Source of the DNA: Tissierellaceae bacterium
GTDB lineage: Bacteria; Bacillota; Clostridia; Tissierellales; Tissierellaceae
Direction: 5' to 3'
Length of the DNA: 55,438 nucleotides
NCBI GenBank assembly: GCA_036562765.1
Contig: DATCJO010000210.1
Coordinates: 1 to 55,438, forward strand
Both the position numbers and the translations under genes were made by a program. The notes under the pieces were generated by a model, which worked only from the letters and a program-made list of their open reading frames with translations, made no database searches and was not told the DNA's origin. Position 1 is the first letter of the stretch. Each line of letters begins with the position of its first letter. Of the stretch, positions 54,718 through 55,438 are shown piece after piece.

Positions 54718-54854
54718 GTGTACCTAAAGGTACACCAATAATTTTATTAGATTGCTGATTAAATAAAAAAACAGAGGGTAATATAAGAGTGTGAATAATA
54801 TTGATAATATACTTTAGATGGAGAATAATATCAATTAATTGAAGGAGGAGAAAA

Positions 54855-55088
54855 ATGGCAAAAGTAACTATTTACACAAGCAATACATGTCCATATTGTG
54901 TTTCTGCTAAAAATTACCTAAAAGAAAAAGGAATTGAGTATGAAGAAAAGAACGTTCAAACAGATAAGGAAGCTAGAAAAGAATTAATGGCAATGGGATA
55001 TACTGGAGTTCCAATTTTAATTATTAATGGCGAACAAGTAGTTGGATTTGATAAAGAAAGAATTGACAGCCTATTAGGATTACAATAA
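54855..55088 (+). CDS. Glutaredoxin-like protein (NrdH/YruB type).
   Basis: 77 aa. The CPYC active site and the thioredoxin fold GVPILIINGEQVVG are present. Confidence 0.8.
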   Translation: MAKVTIYTSNTCPYCVSAKNYLKEKGIEYEEKNVQTDKEARKELMAMGYTGVPILIINGEQVVGFDKERIDSLLGLQ

Positions 55089-55095
55089 CAGCATT

Positions 55096-55133
55096 AAAAA
55101 AAGAGCTTAGCAGAAGTCTAAGCTCTTTTTTTA
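55096..55133. terminator. Bidirectional rho-independent terminator.
   Basis: AAAAAAAGAGCTTAG-loop-CTAAGCTCTTTTTTT. Confidence 0.7.
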
Positions 55134-55140
55134 TGCCTTT

Positions 55141-55326
55141 TTATGAATTTAAAGCTTCTAATAATTTATTTAAATCCATGCCATGAACCATGGCAGCCTC
55201 TTCCAAAGTTTCCATTTGGCTTGATGGACAGCCTACACAACCCATACCGAATCTTATTAGGATTTCAACGGATTCGGGTTTTTTTCTGATTATTTCGCCA
55301 ATCAACATGTCCTTAGTAATTTCCAT
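55141..55326 (-). CDS. DUF1858 small redox-disulfide protein.
   Basis: 61 aa. GMGCVGCPSSQMETLEEAAMVHG is the typical DUF1858 CxxC segment. Confidence 0.6.
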   Translation of the reverse strand: MEITKDMLIGEIIRKKPESVEILIRFGMGCVGCPSSQMETLEEAAMVHGMDLNKLLEALNS

Positions 55327-55438
55327 TATTTACCCTCCTTAATTTAATCCTTACTAATATAGTAGCATATCTTCTATCATATTTCTAGTACAAATATTTA
55401 TTACCCTAAAAAATAAAAAATATTTAACATTTTTTTGA

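Overview
This window is low-GC Firmicutes chromosomal DNA, Clostridia-like. The organism looks like a spore-former, because bofA, a gin/csfB-like gene and yaaT/ricT are present. The right half (about 29-53 kb) is the conserved origin-proximal housekeeping block. It holds tRNA-Val, a ZIP transporter, yaaL-bofA, rplY/ctc, an AMMECR1/radical-SAM set, a decarboxylase, tmk, two tandem darA-like genes, holB, yaaT, a clostridial ferredoxin, a trmN6-like gene, rsmI, yabE, a T-box leader with metG, tatD, rnmV and rsmA. Between rsmI and yabE/metG this block carries an accessory insertion. The insertion encodes a NurA-like nuclease, a HerA-like ATPase and a Cache-GGDEF-HD-GYP c-di-GMP enzyme, and all three are preceded by unusual short repeat arrays. 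The left half encodes a CDF transporter, an NlpC/P60 wall hydrolase, a DUF1538/P-II pair, HAD and VOC enzymes, and two tandem PAS-degenerate-GGDEF-EAL-PilZ proteins that flank a secreted protein. The second PAS protein appears frameshifted in an A7 tract. The left half also encodes an HgdB-like (double-cubane type) protein with its activase, WrbA, an AEC transporter, an SPFH-Zn-ribbon/Zn-ribbon/TPM cluster (B. subtilis ydjI/G/H-like), a MacB-type ABC transporter whose ectodomain carries a very long coiled coil, and leucyl aminopeptidase. I saw no rRNA, CRISPR array, transposase or integrase. All calls come from reading the sequence and translations. I ran no database search.
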